Source: an uncultured delta proteobacterium (GTDB lineage: Bacteria > Desulfobacterota > Binatia > HRBIN30 > BPIQ01). Taken from it: 64,000 bases of DNA. How positions within the stretch are numbered: position 1 is the stretch's first letter; every line of letters starts with the position of its first letter. Shown piece by piece: positions 53,717 through 62,887 of this stretch. Position numbers and translations under genes: made by a program. The notes beneath the pieces are model-generated. The model saw only the letters and a list, made by a program, of their open reading frames with translations. It had not been told where the DNA came from and did not search any database. The stretch is taken from assembly GCA_963761335.1 (NCBI GenBank), contig CAVXGR010000013.1:64001-128000 (forward strand), given 5' to 3'.

Positions 53717-54132
53717 ATGCAGAGCCTACGGGAGGTCGAGGCCGTGCTAGTCGCAGCCGACGTCATCCTTGACGGATGGCTGCTGGGGGAACCCCCTGTC
53801 GCCTACGGCGCAAGCTCGCCGAAGTTGCTCGAGCGCACGCAGGAGAATCGATGGCGCGACCCGCGAACGGGCGAGCAGGGCCGGCATCGCGAGGACGGAT
53901 CAATCCTGTAGGAGGCGCTTGGCTGCTCGGCGTGCCGTGGCCCAAGCAGGTCTCACGAAGCGTGCGACCTGTCACGCACTTCGCCACTCGCTCACAACCC
54001 ACCTCCTGGATGCGGGATACGATATCCGAACCGTACAGGAGTTGCTCGGTCACAAGGACGTGCGCACGACGACGATCTACACTCATGTCCTGAACCGGCC
54101 GTGGAGCCGAGAGCCCGGCAGACAAGCGCTGA
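53717..54132 (+). pseudogene. intI: Integron integrase remnant (C-terminal half, frameshifted)
   Basis: [16 protein letters not shown] (integron-specific insert), [35 protein letters not shown], shifted tail [11 protein letters not shown]. Confidence 0.9.
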
Positions 54133-54251
54133 AGATGTTCATACGGAAACCGCCGATCGCCTCGTCCGCGCTGACTCCCGACAAGTCGTCGGATCGACAA
54201 GGATCTTCGCCGGCACGCCCACGCGATCGGAACGCGGTCTGGGGACAGGCG

Positions 54252-54285
54252 TGCTATACGGAAACCGCATACTAAGTAGTTCGGC
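54252..54285 (+). other. Putative attI site
   Basis: tatacggaaaccgcata then core GTTCGGC just before the first cassette ATG; complementary to that cassette's GCCGAAC. Confidence 0.6.
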
Positions 54286-54291
54286 AGCCAG

Positions 54292-54840
54292 ATGAAGACT
54301 GAGATGAAACAGGATGGCATCCTTGTCCGGGCTGATCTGGCGGGCGAAAGCCTTGTCCTCGTTCTTGAGCCGATGGATGAGGGCTTCGCCCTCCAACTCG
54401 CGAGTCAAGTGACCGAGCTGCGTTTTGCGGGTGTCGCGGCGAGAGCAGTCCGAATGCCGGAAATCCAGCGCAACATCAGCGAGCCCGTCTGGATCACCTG
54501 GGATGGCGGGACGGTGACTCTCGAATCGGAGCATGCGGCGACCCTCTCCTTTCCCGCTGCGAGCATCGCGAGCACCGAGCGAGACTACGACGCCCAGGAT
54601 CTCCGCGCGAAATTCCAGCATCTCCGTCGGTGTTATCAGTCCGGCGAGGAGACAAGCGGCAAGATGATCGCCGGACTGTCCAAGACCAAGGCCGTCATTG
54701 CCAAGTTCGTCGAATCACATCGCCACACTTGGACTCTCAAACGGGACTTCTTTGGACCAACGAATTCCGGTAAAGCAATGGAGTTTGCGGTCCGCTTGGA
54801 AGTGCTCGATGAAATCGACAAGATCATGATACAAGACTGA
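54292..54840 (+). CDS. Cassette 1: hypothetical protein
   Basis: ORF bounded by GTT core and attC. Confidence 0.75.
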   Translation: MKTEMKQDGILVRADLAGESLVLVLEPMDEGFALQLASQVTELRFAGVAARAVRMPEIQRNISEPVWITWDGGTVTLESEHAATLSFPAASIASTERDYDAQDLRAKFQHLRRCYQSGEETSGKMIAGLSKTKAVIAKFVESHRHTWTLKRDFFGPTNSGKAMEFAVRLEVLDEIDKIMIQD

Positions 54841-54913
54841 GCCGAACATCCGCATGGAACTCTACGCCGGTTCCGCTGCGCTCCACCGGCGAGGTTCATG
54901 CGGGGCGTTCGGC
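54841..54913 (+). other. attC site
   Basis: GCCGAAC..ccgcatgGaac / gttcatgcgg..GTTCGGC with an extrahelical G. Confidence 0.9.
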
Positions 54914-54998
54914 GGAAAGCGTGAATGGGCCCGTTTGACGCACCCAACCTCAACACGGCCAGCTGGTTTGCGATTGAGGACACGGTAGATGAGAGCTC

Positions 54999-55787
54999 AT
55001 GAATGATGAAATGCCGTCGACGCGGATAGCCGCAGCTCTGGATGAAGAATTTCATGAGCGATCGGAAGTTCTTCGGCACCGCGAGAGTCTCCTGCAAGGG
55101 ACGGGTCATGAGGTGGCAAGGCGGCTCCAACATCCTCAGGCGGTTCGCCACCTGGAACAAGGCTTCTGTCGACGCGCCCTCTTGCTACGCGAGAATCGAT
55201 TTCAGGCGAACCAAATAGTCAGAAGCTCCGACGGCGTCCCAATCAGCTGCTACCAGGCGAGCGACCTTACGATCCACTTGAATTCGTTCTATATTCACGT
55301 ACGCGGCGCCATCGATAATCTCGCCTGGATGATCCAATACGAACTCAGACTGTTGCCCGAAGTACAGGAAGGCCGACGTGCTAGTGAGTGCAATCTATTC
55401 GGCAAGAGATTTCTGAGTGCGCTTCGTGATTCAAAGCCCGAATTGATCTTAGCGATCGAACGAAAACAGACTTGGGAGGCCGAACTCAAGCGCTTCAGGG
55501 ATCCCGTAGCACACCGAATCCCGTTGTTCGCGGTTCCGGCCGTAGCCAACGAGGAGCAGGCAGCCGAGATTCGAAGATTGCATGTCCTTGCCTCTGAGGC
55601 GTATGCGGCCAAGGATTTTGGAAGAGGGATGGCGTACAGACACGAGGCCGCGAATGTTGGTCAGTATAGACCGTTTTTTGTGGAGTCGAACTGCGATGGA
55701 CTCCGCGTTTGCAACTTGCCTATGCAAATGGCCGAGGACGCGCAGAACTTCGTCGAACTCTGTGAACCACTTCTCGGGGCCTTCTGA
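54999..55787 (+). CDS. Cassette 2: putative HEPN-domain protein
   Basis: NSFYIHVRGAIDNLAW and RDPVAH (Rx4H). Confidence 0.6.
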   Translation: MNDEMPSTRIAAALDEEFHERSEVLRHRESLLQGTGHEVARRLQHPQAVRHLEQGFCRRALLLRENRFQANQIVRSSDGVPISCYQASDLTIHLNSFYIHVRGAIDNLAWMIQYELRLLPEVQEGRRASECNLFGKRFLSALRDSKPELILAIERKQTWEAELKRFRDPVAHRIPLFAVPAVANEEQAAEIRRLHVLASEAYAAKDFGRGMAYRHEAANVGQYRPFFVESNCDGLRVCNLPMQMAEDAQNFVELCEPLLGAF

Positions 55788-55848
55788 CGGGCGATGAATT
55801 GCGGACGTGGGGCCGAGTCGGCCGGCCGAGTTGATGGCGGCGAGCCCT

Positions 55849-55912
55849 GCCGAACAAGTTCGTCCAGCTGACGCGCGATGAAGCCGCGCGCGGCTGACGG
55901 TCGGCGTTGGCT
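55849..55912 (+). other. attC site
   Basis: GCCGAAC..cgtcCagctg / cggctgacg..GTTGGCT. Confidence 0.85.
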
Positions 55913-55924
55913 GCACGAACTGGA

Positions 55925-56356
55925 ATGGACCAAGAGGAGTATAGCCTGATCGCGGGAGACCTTATGTGGGCGCGGAGGTACCTGCGCGCATTGGAAGGCG
56001 CAGGCGGCGACAGAGTGGTCGCAGGAGCGCTCACCTTGGCGGCGATCGTGTCGTACTGCAGGCCGTTTAAGTGCAGTTTCGATGCCTCACGTAGGCGACG
56101 AACTTGGATTCCTCAGGAGTGGGTCGACGATCTGTCTCCCCGGTGTCGCTGTACCCACGAACGCTTGGTTGCCGCTCGGGATCATGCTTGGGCCCACGCC
56201 GATTGGAGCGCGCACACTCCCCGAGCGGATCCCTCGACATCGATTGTCGTCAGCATAAATCCGTGGGTGCCAATGGGTCGCGAAGAGGCCGCTGAGTTCG
56301 AGAGGCTACTCGATGAGATCGACATTCGGCTGGAAACCGAGCGGGAGCGCAGCTAA
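55925..56356 (+). CDS. Cassette 3: hypothetical, HEPN-like
   Basis: AAIVSYCRPF..RDHAWAH; stop lies inside AGCTAAC. Confidence 0.55.
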   Translation: MDQEEYSLIAGDLMWARRYLRALEGAGGDRVVAGALTLAAIVSYCRPFKCSFDASRRRRTWIPQEWVDDLSPRCRCTHERLVAARDHAWAHADWSAHTPRADPSTSIVVSINPWVPMGREEAAEFERLLDEIDIRLETERERS

Positions 56357-56394
56357 CAGATCGCGACAGGGTTCGCGCGGAAATTCACCGCAAG

Positions 56395-56916
56395 TTGATG
56401 GGCGCCCGTACCGTCATACCCCCGACCGTTCAAGTTGCAGTGGCATCGAAGCCGGAACTTCGCGGAGAGCGCGAGTGGCGTCCTTTTGAAGTCAAGCTCT
56501 GGGGGATCGGCGAGGAGATCCGTCACCTGCTGCTGAAAGAGCCGTCTCTGCGCGGAGATACGGAACTCACGCGGCAGTTCGTTGAGATTTCGCGGGACCG
56601 ACGCGCCGGTCGCGGACGCCAGAGCTTCATCATGTTGCTCGGCTTCAAAGCCTGCCAGGGCGTCGCGGCCGAGCTTTTGACTGAAATCGCGGATGATGAC
56701 GTGGCCGGTCAGGTTGTCTGGGCACTGTATCGGATGAAAGCCCGCGGATTTGCCGACGCTGTTCGCGGACTCTCCACTCACAAGCGAAGGTGGGTTCGAA
56801 AGGAAGCAGAGCGGTATGTCGCCTGGGACCGTGCTAGCGTCTCTAACCAGCGCGTCGAGCCGACTCGCCACAACCGCCGCCGCTCCGCCGGCCGCGGCTC
56901 AAGCGCATCGCGTTAG
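56395..56916 (+). CDS. Cassette 4: HEAT-repeat-like hypothetical protein (start uncertain, reads through attC)
   Basis: GRGRQSFIMLLG..VAGQVVWAL..WVRKEA. Confidence 0.55.
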   Translation: MMGARTVIPPTVQVAVASKPELRGEREWRPFEVKLWGIGEEIRHLLLKEPSLRGDTELTRQFVEISRDRRAGRGRQSFIMLLGFKACQGVAAELLTEIADDDVAGQVVWALYRMKARGFADAVRGLSTHKRRWVRKEAERYVAWDRASVSNQRVEPTRHNRRRSAGRGSSASR

Positions 56917-56918
56917 CC
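56841..56918 (+). other. attC site
   Basis: CTCTAAC..gcgcgtCgagccg / cggctcaagcgc..GTTAGCC. Confidence 0.8.
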
Positions 56919-56937
56919 CGTGACTCGCTGTACGGAC

Positions 56938-57495
56938 ATGGCCGGTCCCGGTCGGGAACCAAAGCGTCGCTTCTCACTCGGCACGATCGTCGCCTGCGCG
57001 TTTGCCGTAGGCGTCGTCAATGCATGGTTCCCAATGCTTCGGCTGCGTTCGGCCAACGCAAACTTCATTGTGTCCCTCGGGCTGGCTCTTCTGCCGTTGG
57101 CAGGTGTGGGGATCGCGCTTGTTCAATCACGGGGATGGAAGCGACTTCTGTGGAGCACTGGACTGCTCTCAGTCACCATCGGTTCAAGCGTCGTCTGGTT
57201 GCTCTCGCTCAACTCGCTTGAAGTCATCCAGGAGGTGTCGACGCCCAACGGGCTCGTTGTCGCTTACCGCACGAACGGCGGGGCGACAGTAAAGTCTGGG
57301 GTTCTGCTGCGCCAGGAATGCCCGTTGTTGTCCGGGTTGCTTCGCGTGAAAGAGCTGCTCGACGAATATCCCGCATACGACGCCGTCATCGAGCGAGTTC
57401 AGCCGTCTCGACTGCGGGTGAAGGTTGACGACGGGAGTGGGCGGAATGTTACACGGATCGTGGATGTCCCCAGATTGCTCTGCTTTCCAGGCTAA
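56938..57495 (+). CDS. Cassette 5: membrane protein
   Basis: Three hydrophobic segments, YRTNGGAT motif; stop in GGCTAAC complementary to its own GTTAGCC start. Confidence 0.75.
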   Translation: MAGPGREPKRRFSLGTIVACAFAVGVVNAWFPMLRLRSANANFIVSLGLALLPLAGVGIALVQSRGWKRLLWSTGLLSVTIGSSVVWLLSLNSLEVIQEVSTPNGLVVAYRTNGGATVKSGVLLRQECPLLSGLLRVKELLDEYPAYDAVIERVQPSRLRVKVDDGSGRNVTRIVDVPRLLCFPG

Positions 57496-57579
57496 CATGA
57501 CGATGGACCCGGCCGGCTTGAATCGGGCTGCCTCCGTCAAGGTAACGGGCGCCCGCGGCTCACGCGCAAGACGTTCGGC
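57490..57579 (+). other. attC site (arms poorly complementary, possibly hybrid)
   Basis: GGCTAAC ... gcggctcacgcgcaagac GTTCGGC. Confidence 0.6.
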
Positions 57580-57591
57580 GGCACAGGACGC

Positions 57592-57912
57592 ATGAATCGG
57601 ACAATTCTCCTCGCGATAGTCTTTTGCATTGTTTTGGCTGCCAGTGGATCGCTCCTGGCGGAACAGGGCTCTGCCTCTTCTTGCGCACCGCCCCCAGTCG
57701 AGTCTGCTCAGCAAGCAATTTGTCTTGCGCGCGCTGATTTGCAGAAGCTCTGGCCGGAAGGATCCGCGAAAATGACAGAGGAACAAGCTACCCGAACCGC
57801 CAAAACTTGGATCGTCGGATTCCACGACCCCGCTGCGAGTCGCGGCGGCGGATTCCAGATCACTCTGGATTCAGAGTCGGGAAAGACAATCGATCGCCTC
57901 GGTGAGAGATGA
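57592..57912 (+). CDS. Cassette 6: small secreted protein
   Basis: Signal peptide; WIV..RGGGFQITLDSESGK. Confidence 0.7.
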   Translation: MNRTILLAIVFCIVLAASGSLLAEQGSASSCAPPPVESAQQAICLARADLQKLWPEGSAKMTEEQATRTAKTWIVGFHDPAASRGGGFQITLDSESGKTIDRLGER

Positions 57913-57942
57913 TGCGGACATTGTGCTCCAGCATGATGGAGT

Positions 57943-57999
57943 GCCGAACAAGAGCATGGTGCCGCCGCGCAAGGCGCGCGCACATGCTCGTCGTTCGGC
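57943..57999 (+). other. attC site
   Basis: GCCGAAC..gagcatgGtgc / gcacatgctc..GTTCGGC. Confidence 0.9.
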
Positions 58000-58029
58000 G
58001 CCAAGAGTAGTGATCTTGTCGGAGCAATT

Positions 58030-58233
58030 GTGAGCGAGGCAAAACGAACCGCGCGTACGGCTGCCATCCTGCTGTCGTGGATGATATGGACTGCCGCAGT
58101 TCTCGGCGGCACCGTGACGGAAGCGAGTCAGCTCGTTCTGATTCTATTGTTGTTGCTCGGCTTCGCTCCTTATCTGGCCTCGATCCACGTTGTCGAGCCG
58201 TGGCTTGATCGGACGCGACATGCACCGCGATGA
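58030..58233 (+). CDS. Cassette 7: small two-TM protein
   Basis: Short hydrophobic ORF after attC with GGAG RBS. Confidence 0.5.
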   Translation: MSEAKRTARTAAILLSWMIWTAAVLGGTVTEASQLVLILLLLLGFAPYLASIHVVEPWLDRTRHAPR

Positions 58234-58349
58234 GTTCGTCTCGAATCAGCCAACGGGGGCTTCTTCTCCGCGCGGCTCAGCGCCTGGGCGTTCGCCTTGT
58301 CCTGGCAGGGTGGGAGGACGCGTGGTACGCTGACAATCCGAGGTGGCCC

Positions 58350-58544
58350 ATGAAGGTATCGGTCGAACTGTCCCCCGCTGACACGGAACGCCTGCAAGAC
58401 GAGGCGAACCGGCTAGGCGTGAGTCCCGAACGGCTGGCGCATGCAGCGATCTCAGACCTGTTGGCTCGCGAGCGCGATGATTTCGAGAAAGCAGCTCGGC
58501 GCGTCTTGGAGAAGAATCGGGAACTCAACCGTCGCCTGGCTTGA
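58350..58544 (+). CDS. Antitoxin-like DNA-binding protein (Doc partner)
   Basis: 64 aa ending DFEKAARRVLEKNRELNRRLA; abuts doc. Confidence 0.75.
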   Translation: MKVSVELSPADTERLQDEANRLGVSPERLAHAAISDLLARERDDFEKAARRVLEKNRELNRRLA

Positions 58545-58775
58545 ATGCGCCATCTCTGGCTGGCGGAAGTCCTCGAACTGCACCGCATGGTCGTCGAGCA
58601 ATCCGGGGGCTCACCCGGGCTTCGAGATATCGGGGGCCTCGAATCTGCTGTCGCACAGCCGCGGATGACCTTCGGTGGTAGCGACCTCTATCCTTCATTG
58701 ATCCACAAAGCTGCCGCCCTCTGTTTCTCGGTGGTCAAGAATCATCCGTTCGCCGACGGCAACAAACGGGCCGCG
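58545..58775 (+). pseudogene. doc: Doc/Fic-family toxin, truncated after the active-site motif
   Basis: [30 protein letters not shown], then unrelated sequence. Confidence 0.85.
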
Positions 58776-58824
58776 CCTGAACGGCATCGCGTCAGCCTCG
58801 ACACTCTTCGTACACTCATTCATT

Positions 58825-59304
58825 ATGGCACTCTTCGCAAATGACATCAGGGTTACTGTCTCTCCCGATGTGGTGACGTTTCGGTGCGATGATCAGTCTG
58901 CCTCAATACGCCCGGTGGTCTACTGTGATCGAGACGGTGCGGGTTCACGCGTTCTCGGATTCGGGGCGAGCGATACCGTCACGGGGCCGTCCGTGGAGGT
59001 CTCACTCTTTGCTCCCGCAACGTCCCTCACGCCGGGAGGGGTGACCAAGGGCGACTGCCTTGCCGCCTTCTTTCAGTACGGTATGACGAAGGTATCGACT
59101 CGTAAACTGCTTGGTCCGCGGTTGTTTCTCTTCGGACTCGAAACACTCGAATCGAGTTTCTGTGGCTACCAAGGATGGGTCATACGCGAACTGTGCTCGA
59201 AGGCGGGGGCTCGAGAGGTCTACGTCATCCCAGCTGGCGTGAGCTATGAGCAAGCCATGGAGGCCGTTCGAGCCCCATCCAGTACTCCGTTGTGGCGCCG
59301 ATGA
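58825..59304 (+). CDS. Cassette: small MreB/actin-like-fragment protein
   Basis: [16 protein letters not shown] resembles the MreB AGAREV motif. Confidence 0.5.
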   Translation: MALFANDIRVTVSPDVVTFRCDDQSASIRPVVYCDRDGAGSRVLGFGASDTVTGPSVEVSLFAPATSLTPGGVTKGDCLAAFFQYGMTKVSTRKLLGPRLFLFGLETLESSFCGYQGWVIRELCSKAGAREVYVIPAGVSYEQAMEAVRAPSSTPLWRR

Positions 59305-59450
59305 TGGATCATGCCACCCTCTGCCTAAAACAACCCCTTGGGCGGCGCCAGGGTACATCGGGAGTCCGGCATGATTCGAACGCAAGGTCCCGCCCATATC
59401 CACCTGGTCGTTCGCGACACCCCCGGTAGCATGGACTCGCTTCCGGCAAA

Positions 59451-59520
59451 GCGAGGCTGCTGCCGAGCCAGATACGTCTCTCGGATTTTCGTGGCGGAAG
59501 CGGCGAGACGCCGCTTCTAC
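59451..59520. repeat. Right border: 31-bp direct repeat plus inverted REP arm
   Basis: gcgaggctgctgccgagccagatacgtctct; gaagcggcgagacgccgcttctac. Confidence 0.85.
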
Positions 59521-59544
59521 TCAACCCGAAAACTCGAGAGCCCG

Positions 59545-61227
59545 TCAACCTCGGCTGGCGCGCAGCACGGCGCCGGGCAGCGGCCCTTCCGGATCGACGG
59601 TATCGGTGCCGTCCTCGCGGATCGGCCTGCCGTTGACGATGACGGCGCGGACGCCGCGGGCGTCGGCGACCAGCCTGTCGGCCCCGGCCGGAAAATCGCG
59701 GACGCGCCGCAGCGGCGAGCAGCCGACGGTGGCGGCGTCGAAGATGGTGACGTCGGCGGCGGCACCCACCGCCAGGCGACCCCGGTCGCGCAGGCCGAAG
59801 AGGTCGGCCGAGCGCGAGGTGAGCAGGCGCACCGCCTCCTCGAGCGACAGCACGCCTTTGTCCCGCACCCAGTGCGAGAGAAGATGCGTCGGCGCGCAGG
59901 CGTCGCACAGCTGGCTGGCGTGAGCCCCGGCGTCGGAGAGCCCGAGCATCACCGCCGGGTGGCGGAGCAGCTCGGCGACGGCGTCCTCGTCGGTGTTCAT
60001 GATCGCCATGCGGAAGCGCGCCTCCAGATCGGAGGCGACGGCGAGATCCAGGACCAGGTCGATGGGGTGCACGCCGCGCTCCGTCGCCACCGCCGCGACA
60101 TTGCGCTCGGCCAGCCCCGGCTCGCTCGGCGCCTCGGCGATCACCGTCTGCTCCCAGCTGGCCACGAAGAAGGCCTCGTCCATCCGCTGGCGAAAGGCGC
60201 GGCGAAACTCCGGATCGGCGTAGATGCGCTTCTTGGCCTCGAAGTCCGCGGCGGAAATCTGCTTGAAGAGGCTCATGCTCTCGAAGGGGAAGGGCGCCTT
60301 GAACTGGAACTCGAACATCAGCGGCCGGCAGGAGACCTGGGGCACGACCTGGACGCCTTCGTCCTGAAGGCTCTGTGAGCGCTCGAGCAAGTAGCGATGC
60401 GCATCGGGACCGAGCATGCCGGCAAGCAGCGCCGTCCAGCTGACCGGCCTGCCAGTGTCGCGATAGATCTCGGCGAACTCGTCGAGGAAGAAGCCGCTGC
60501 CGACGGTGGCCTGCATGAGGCCGCAGCCGACCTCGCCGAGAGAGCCGGCGAGAGCGCGGATCTCGTCCAGCGAGGCGGCGCGGCTGGGGACCGGCCGGCC
60601 GGCCCAGCCGACGTGGGTGGGCGACTTCGAGGTGGCGAAGCCAATGGCACCGGCCCGCAAGGCGTCGGCGACGATGGCGCGCATCTGGGCGATCTCCTCG
60701 GCGCTCGCCTGGCGCTCCGTCGACTCCTCCCCCATCACGTACATGCGCACCGGCGTGTGGCCGACCATGGCGCCGACATTGATCGCCGTACCGCGCCGCT
60801 CGATGGCGGCGAGATACTGCGGAAAGCTCTCGAACGGCCAGTCGGTGCCGACTCCGGCCGCCAGCGCCTCAAACGACATTCCCTCCACGTTCTCCAGAGT
60901 GCGCATGATCAGCTCGCGATGCTGCGGGCGCGTCGGCGCGATGCCGAAGCCGCAGTTGCCCATGACCACGGAGGTGACGCCATGCCACGGCGAGATGGTC
61001 AGCATGCGATCCCAGAACACCTGCGCATCGTAGTGGGTATGGATGTCGACGAACCCGGGCGCCACCGCCATGCCGTCGGCCTCGATGGTGCGCGCGCCGT
61101 TGCCGCGCACCTCGCCGAGGGCGGCGATGCGGCCGCCGCGGATCCCCAGGTCGCCGCGCCGCGCCGGAGCGCCGCTGCCGTCGACCAGAGTGCCGCCGCG
61201 GATCAGAAGATCGAACTGCTCTGCCAT
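59545..61227 (-). CDS. N-acyl-D-amino-acid deacylase-family amidohydrolase
   Basis: PGFVDIHTHYD, MGNCG, SDAGAH. Confidence 0.9.
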   Translation of the reverse strand: MAEQFDLLIRGGTLVDGSGAPARRGDLGIRGGRIAALGEVRGNGARTIEADGMAVAPGFVDIHTHYDAQVFWDRMLTISPWHGVTSVVMGNCGFGIAPTRPQHRELIMRTLENVEGMSFEALAAGVGTDWPFESFPQYLAAIERRGTAINVGAMVGHTPVRMYVMGEESTERQASAEEIAQMRAIVADALRAGAIGFATSKSPTHVGWAGRPVPSRAASLDEIRALAGSLGEVGCGLMQATVGSGFFLDEFAEIYRDTGRPVSWTALLAGMLGPDAHRYLLERSQSLQDEGVQVVPQVSCRPLMFEFQFKAPFPFESMSLFKQISAADFEAKKRIYADPEFRRAFRQRMDEAFFVASWEQTVIAEAPSEPGLAERNVAAVATERGVHPIDLVLDLAVASDLEARFRMAIMNTDEDAVAELLRHPAVMLGLSDAGAHASQLCDACAPTHLLSHWVRDKGVLSLEEAVRLLTSRSADLFGLRDRGRLAVGAAADVTIFDAATVGCSPLRRVRDFPAGADRLVADARGVRAVIVNGRPIREDGTDTVDPEGPLPGAVLRASRG

Positions 61228-61318
61228 GGCCGATCTTTCGCACGCTGCCCGGAAAAATGCGAGCCGCCCCAAGCGCGGGTTTGACCATGGTGAGGCGCTG
61301 TTGGTAACTGGCGAGCGC

Positions 61319-62455
61319 ATGGGCGCGATTGCCATTGCCGGCGTCGGCGAGACCCGCTACGGGCGGCGGCTCGGCCGCGATCTCGGCAGCCTGGCGCTGG
61401 AGGCGGCCGAAGCAGCCGCCGCGGACGCGGGCCTCGACCCCGGCGACATCGACGGCATCATCGCTCCCTGGGCGGAGTACGCGGCGCGCCATGAGCTGGC
61501 GCGCAATCTCGGCATCGACGGCGCCTTCTTCTCGGCATCCTCGATGTCCGGCGGCGCCGGCATCGTCAGCGCCCCGTTGCTGGCGCGACTGGCGATCGAC
61601 GCCGGACTGGCGACCACGGTGCTCTGCGTGCACGCCATCGCCTGGGGCTCGGAGCGCCGGGGGAACGTCGGCCTGCCGCATGCGGCCATGCGCATGAAGG
61701 CGATGTTCGAGATTCCCTTTGGCTGGTACCCGCAGATCGTGCAGTTCGCCGGCATGGCGCGGCGGCACATGGAGCTCTACGGCACCACCCAGGAGCAGCT
61801 CGGCGCCGTTGCTCTCGCCTGCCGGCGGCACGCCGCGCTGACCGAGAACGCCATCCTGCGCACGCCCTTGTCGCCGGCCGAGTACCTGCAGGCGCCACTG
61901 CTCGCCGACCCGTTTCGCGCCGCCGACTGCTGCCTGGTCAACGACGGTGCCGCCGCCTTCGTGATGACCAGTCTGGAGCGTTCCCGCGACCTGTCGCGTC
62001 CGCCGGTCCGCGTGCTCGGCGCCGCCCAAGGCGTGGTTCCCGGCGGCGAGTACTCCACCCTGCGACCGCAGTATCTCTGCACCGCCGCCATTCACTCGGG
62101 ACCGCGCGCCTTCGGCGAGGCCGGGGTCGCTCCGAACGACATGGACTTCGCGCAGATCTACGACAACTTCACCTCCATGGTGCTCGAGCAGCTCGAAGAC
62201 CTGGGCTTTTGCCCCAAGGGCGAGAGTGGCCCCTTCGTCGAGGGCGGCCGCTGCGAGATCGGCGGCGTCCTGCCGATCAACACCTCGGGGGGACAGCTGG
62301 CGCAGGGTTTCCTGCTCTCGGCGAACCTGGTCGTCGAGGCGGTGCGCCAGCTGCGCGGCGAGTGCGGCGACCGCCAGGTGAACGCCGCCCGTCTGGGCCT
62401 GGTCACCGGCTATACCGGAGCGGAGCACGCCACGGTGATCCTGGGGAGGGACTGA
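61319..62455 (+). CDS. Thiolase-superfamily (SCP-x/Ltp-like) protein
   Basis: AIAGVGET, DCCLVNDGA, IYDNFT, NTSGGQL. Confidence 0.85.
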   Translation: MGAIAIAGVGETRYGRRLGRDLGSLALEAAEAAAADAGLDPGDIDGIIAPWAEYAARHELARNLGIDGAFFSASSMSGGAGIVSAPLLARLAIDAGLATTVLCVHAIAWGSERRGNVGLPHAAMRMKAMFEIPFGWYPQIVQFAGMARRHMELYGTTQEQLGAVALACRRHAALTENAILRTPLSPAEYLQAPLLADPFRAADCCLVNDGAAAFVMTSLERSRDLSRPPVRVLGAAQGVVPGGEYSTLRPQYLCTAAIHSGPRAFGEAGVAPNDMDFAQIYDNFTSMVLEQLEDLGFCPKGESGPFVEGGRCEIGGVLPINTSGGQLAQGFLLSANLVVEAVRQLRGECGDRQVNAARLGLVTGYTGAEHATVILGRD

Positions 62456-62458
62456 CGC

Positions 62459-62881
62459 ATGGATACTTCCGGCCTGCATATTCCCGACGTGGAGTGGGAG
62501 CCGACGCGACCATTCTGGGAAGGATGCCGGCAGCGGCAGCTGCGTCTGCCGCGCTGCGCCTGTGGCGAGTACGTCTGGTATCCGCAGCCGCGCTGCCCGA
62601 GATGCCGCGGCGATCGCATCGACTGGGTCGCGATGAGCGGGCGGGCGACAGTCTTCACGTGGACCACGGTCTACCGCAGCTTCGTGCCCGGACACGCGGA
62701 TCGCGTTCCCTACGTCGCCGGGATCGTCGAGCTGGCCGAGGACCCGAAGCTGCGTCTGGCCACCTTTCTTCCCGACGTATCGGCCGACTCCTTGCAGGTG
62801 GGCATGCCCCTGCGCGTCGACTTCGAGACGATTCGCGAAGGCATCGTGCTGCCGGTCTTCCGACCGCTGGCTGAGCGCTGA
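62459..62881 (+). CDS. DUF35 Zn-ribbon/OB-fold protein
   Basis: PFWEGC..RCACG..YPQPRCPRC. Confidence 0.9.
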   Translation: MDTSGLHIPDVEWEPTRPFWEGCRQRQLRLPRCACGEYVWYPQPRCPRCRGDRIDWVAMSGRATVFTWTTVYRSFVPGHADRVPYVAGIVELAEDPKLRLATFLPDVSADSLQVGMPLRVDFETIREGIVLPVFRPLAER

Positions 62882-62887
62882 AGAGCG

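Noticed and set aside
53769..54275. 168-aa ORF as an intact tyrosine recombinase
   Set aside because: Only the middle third is IntI-like; adjacent motifs sit in other frames and the N-terminal half is missing.
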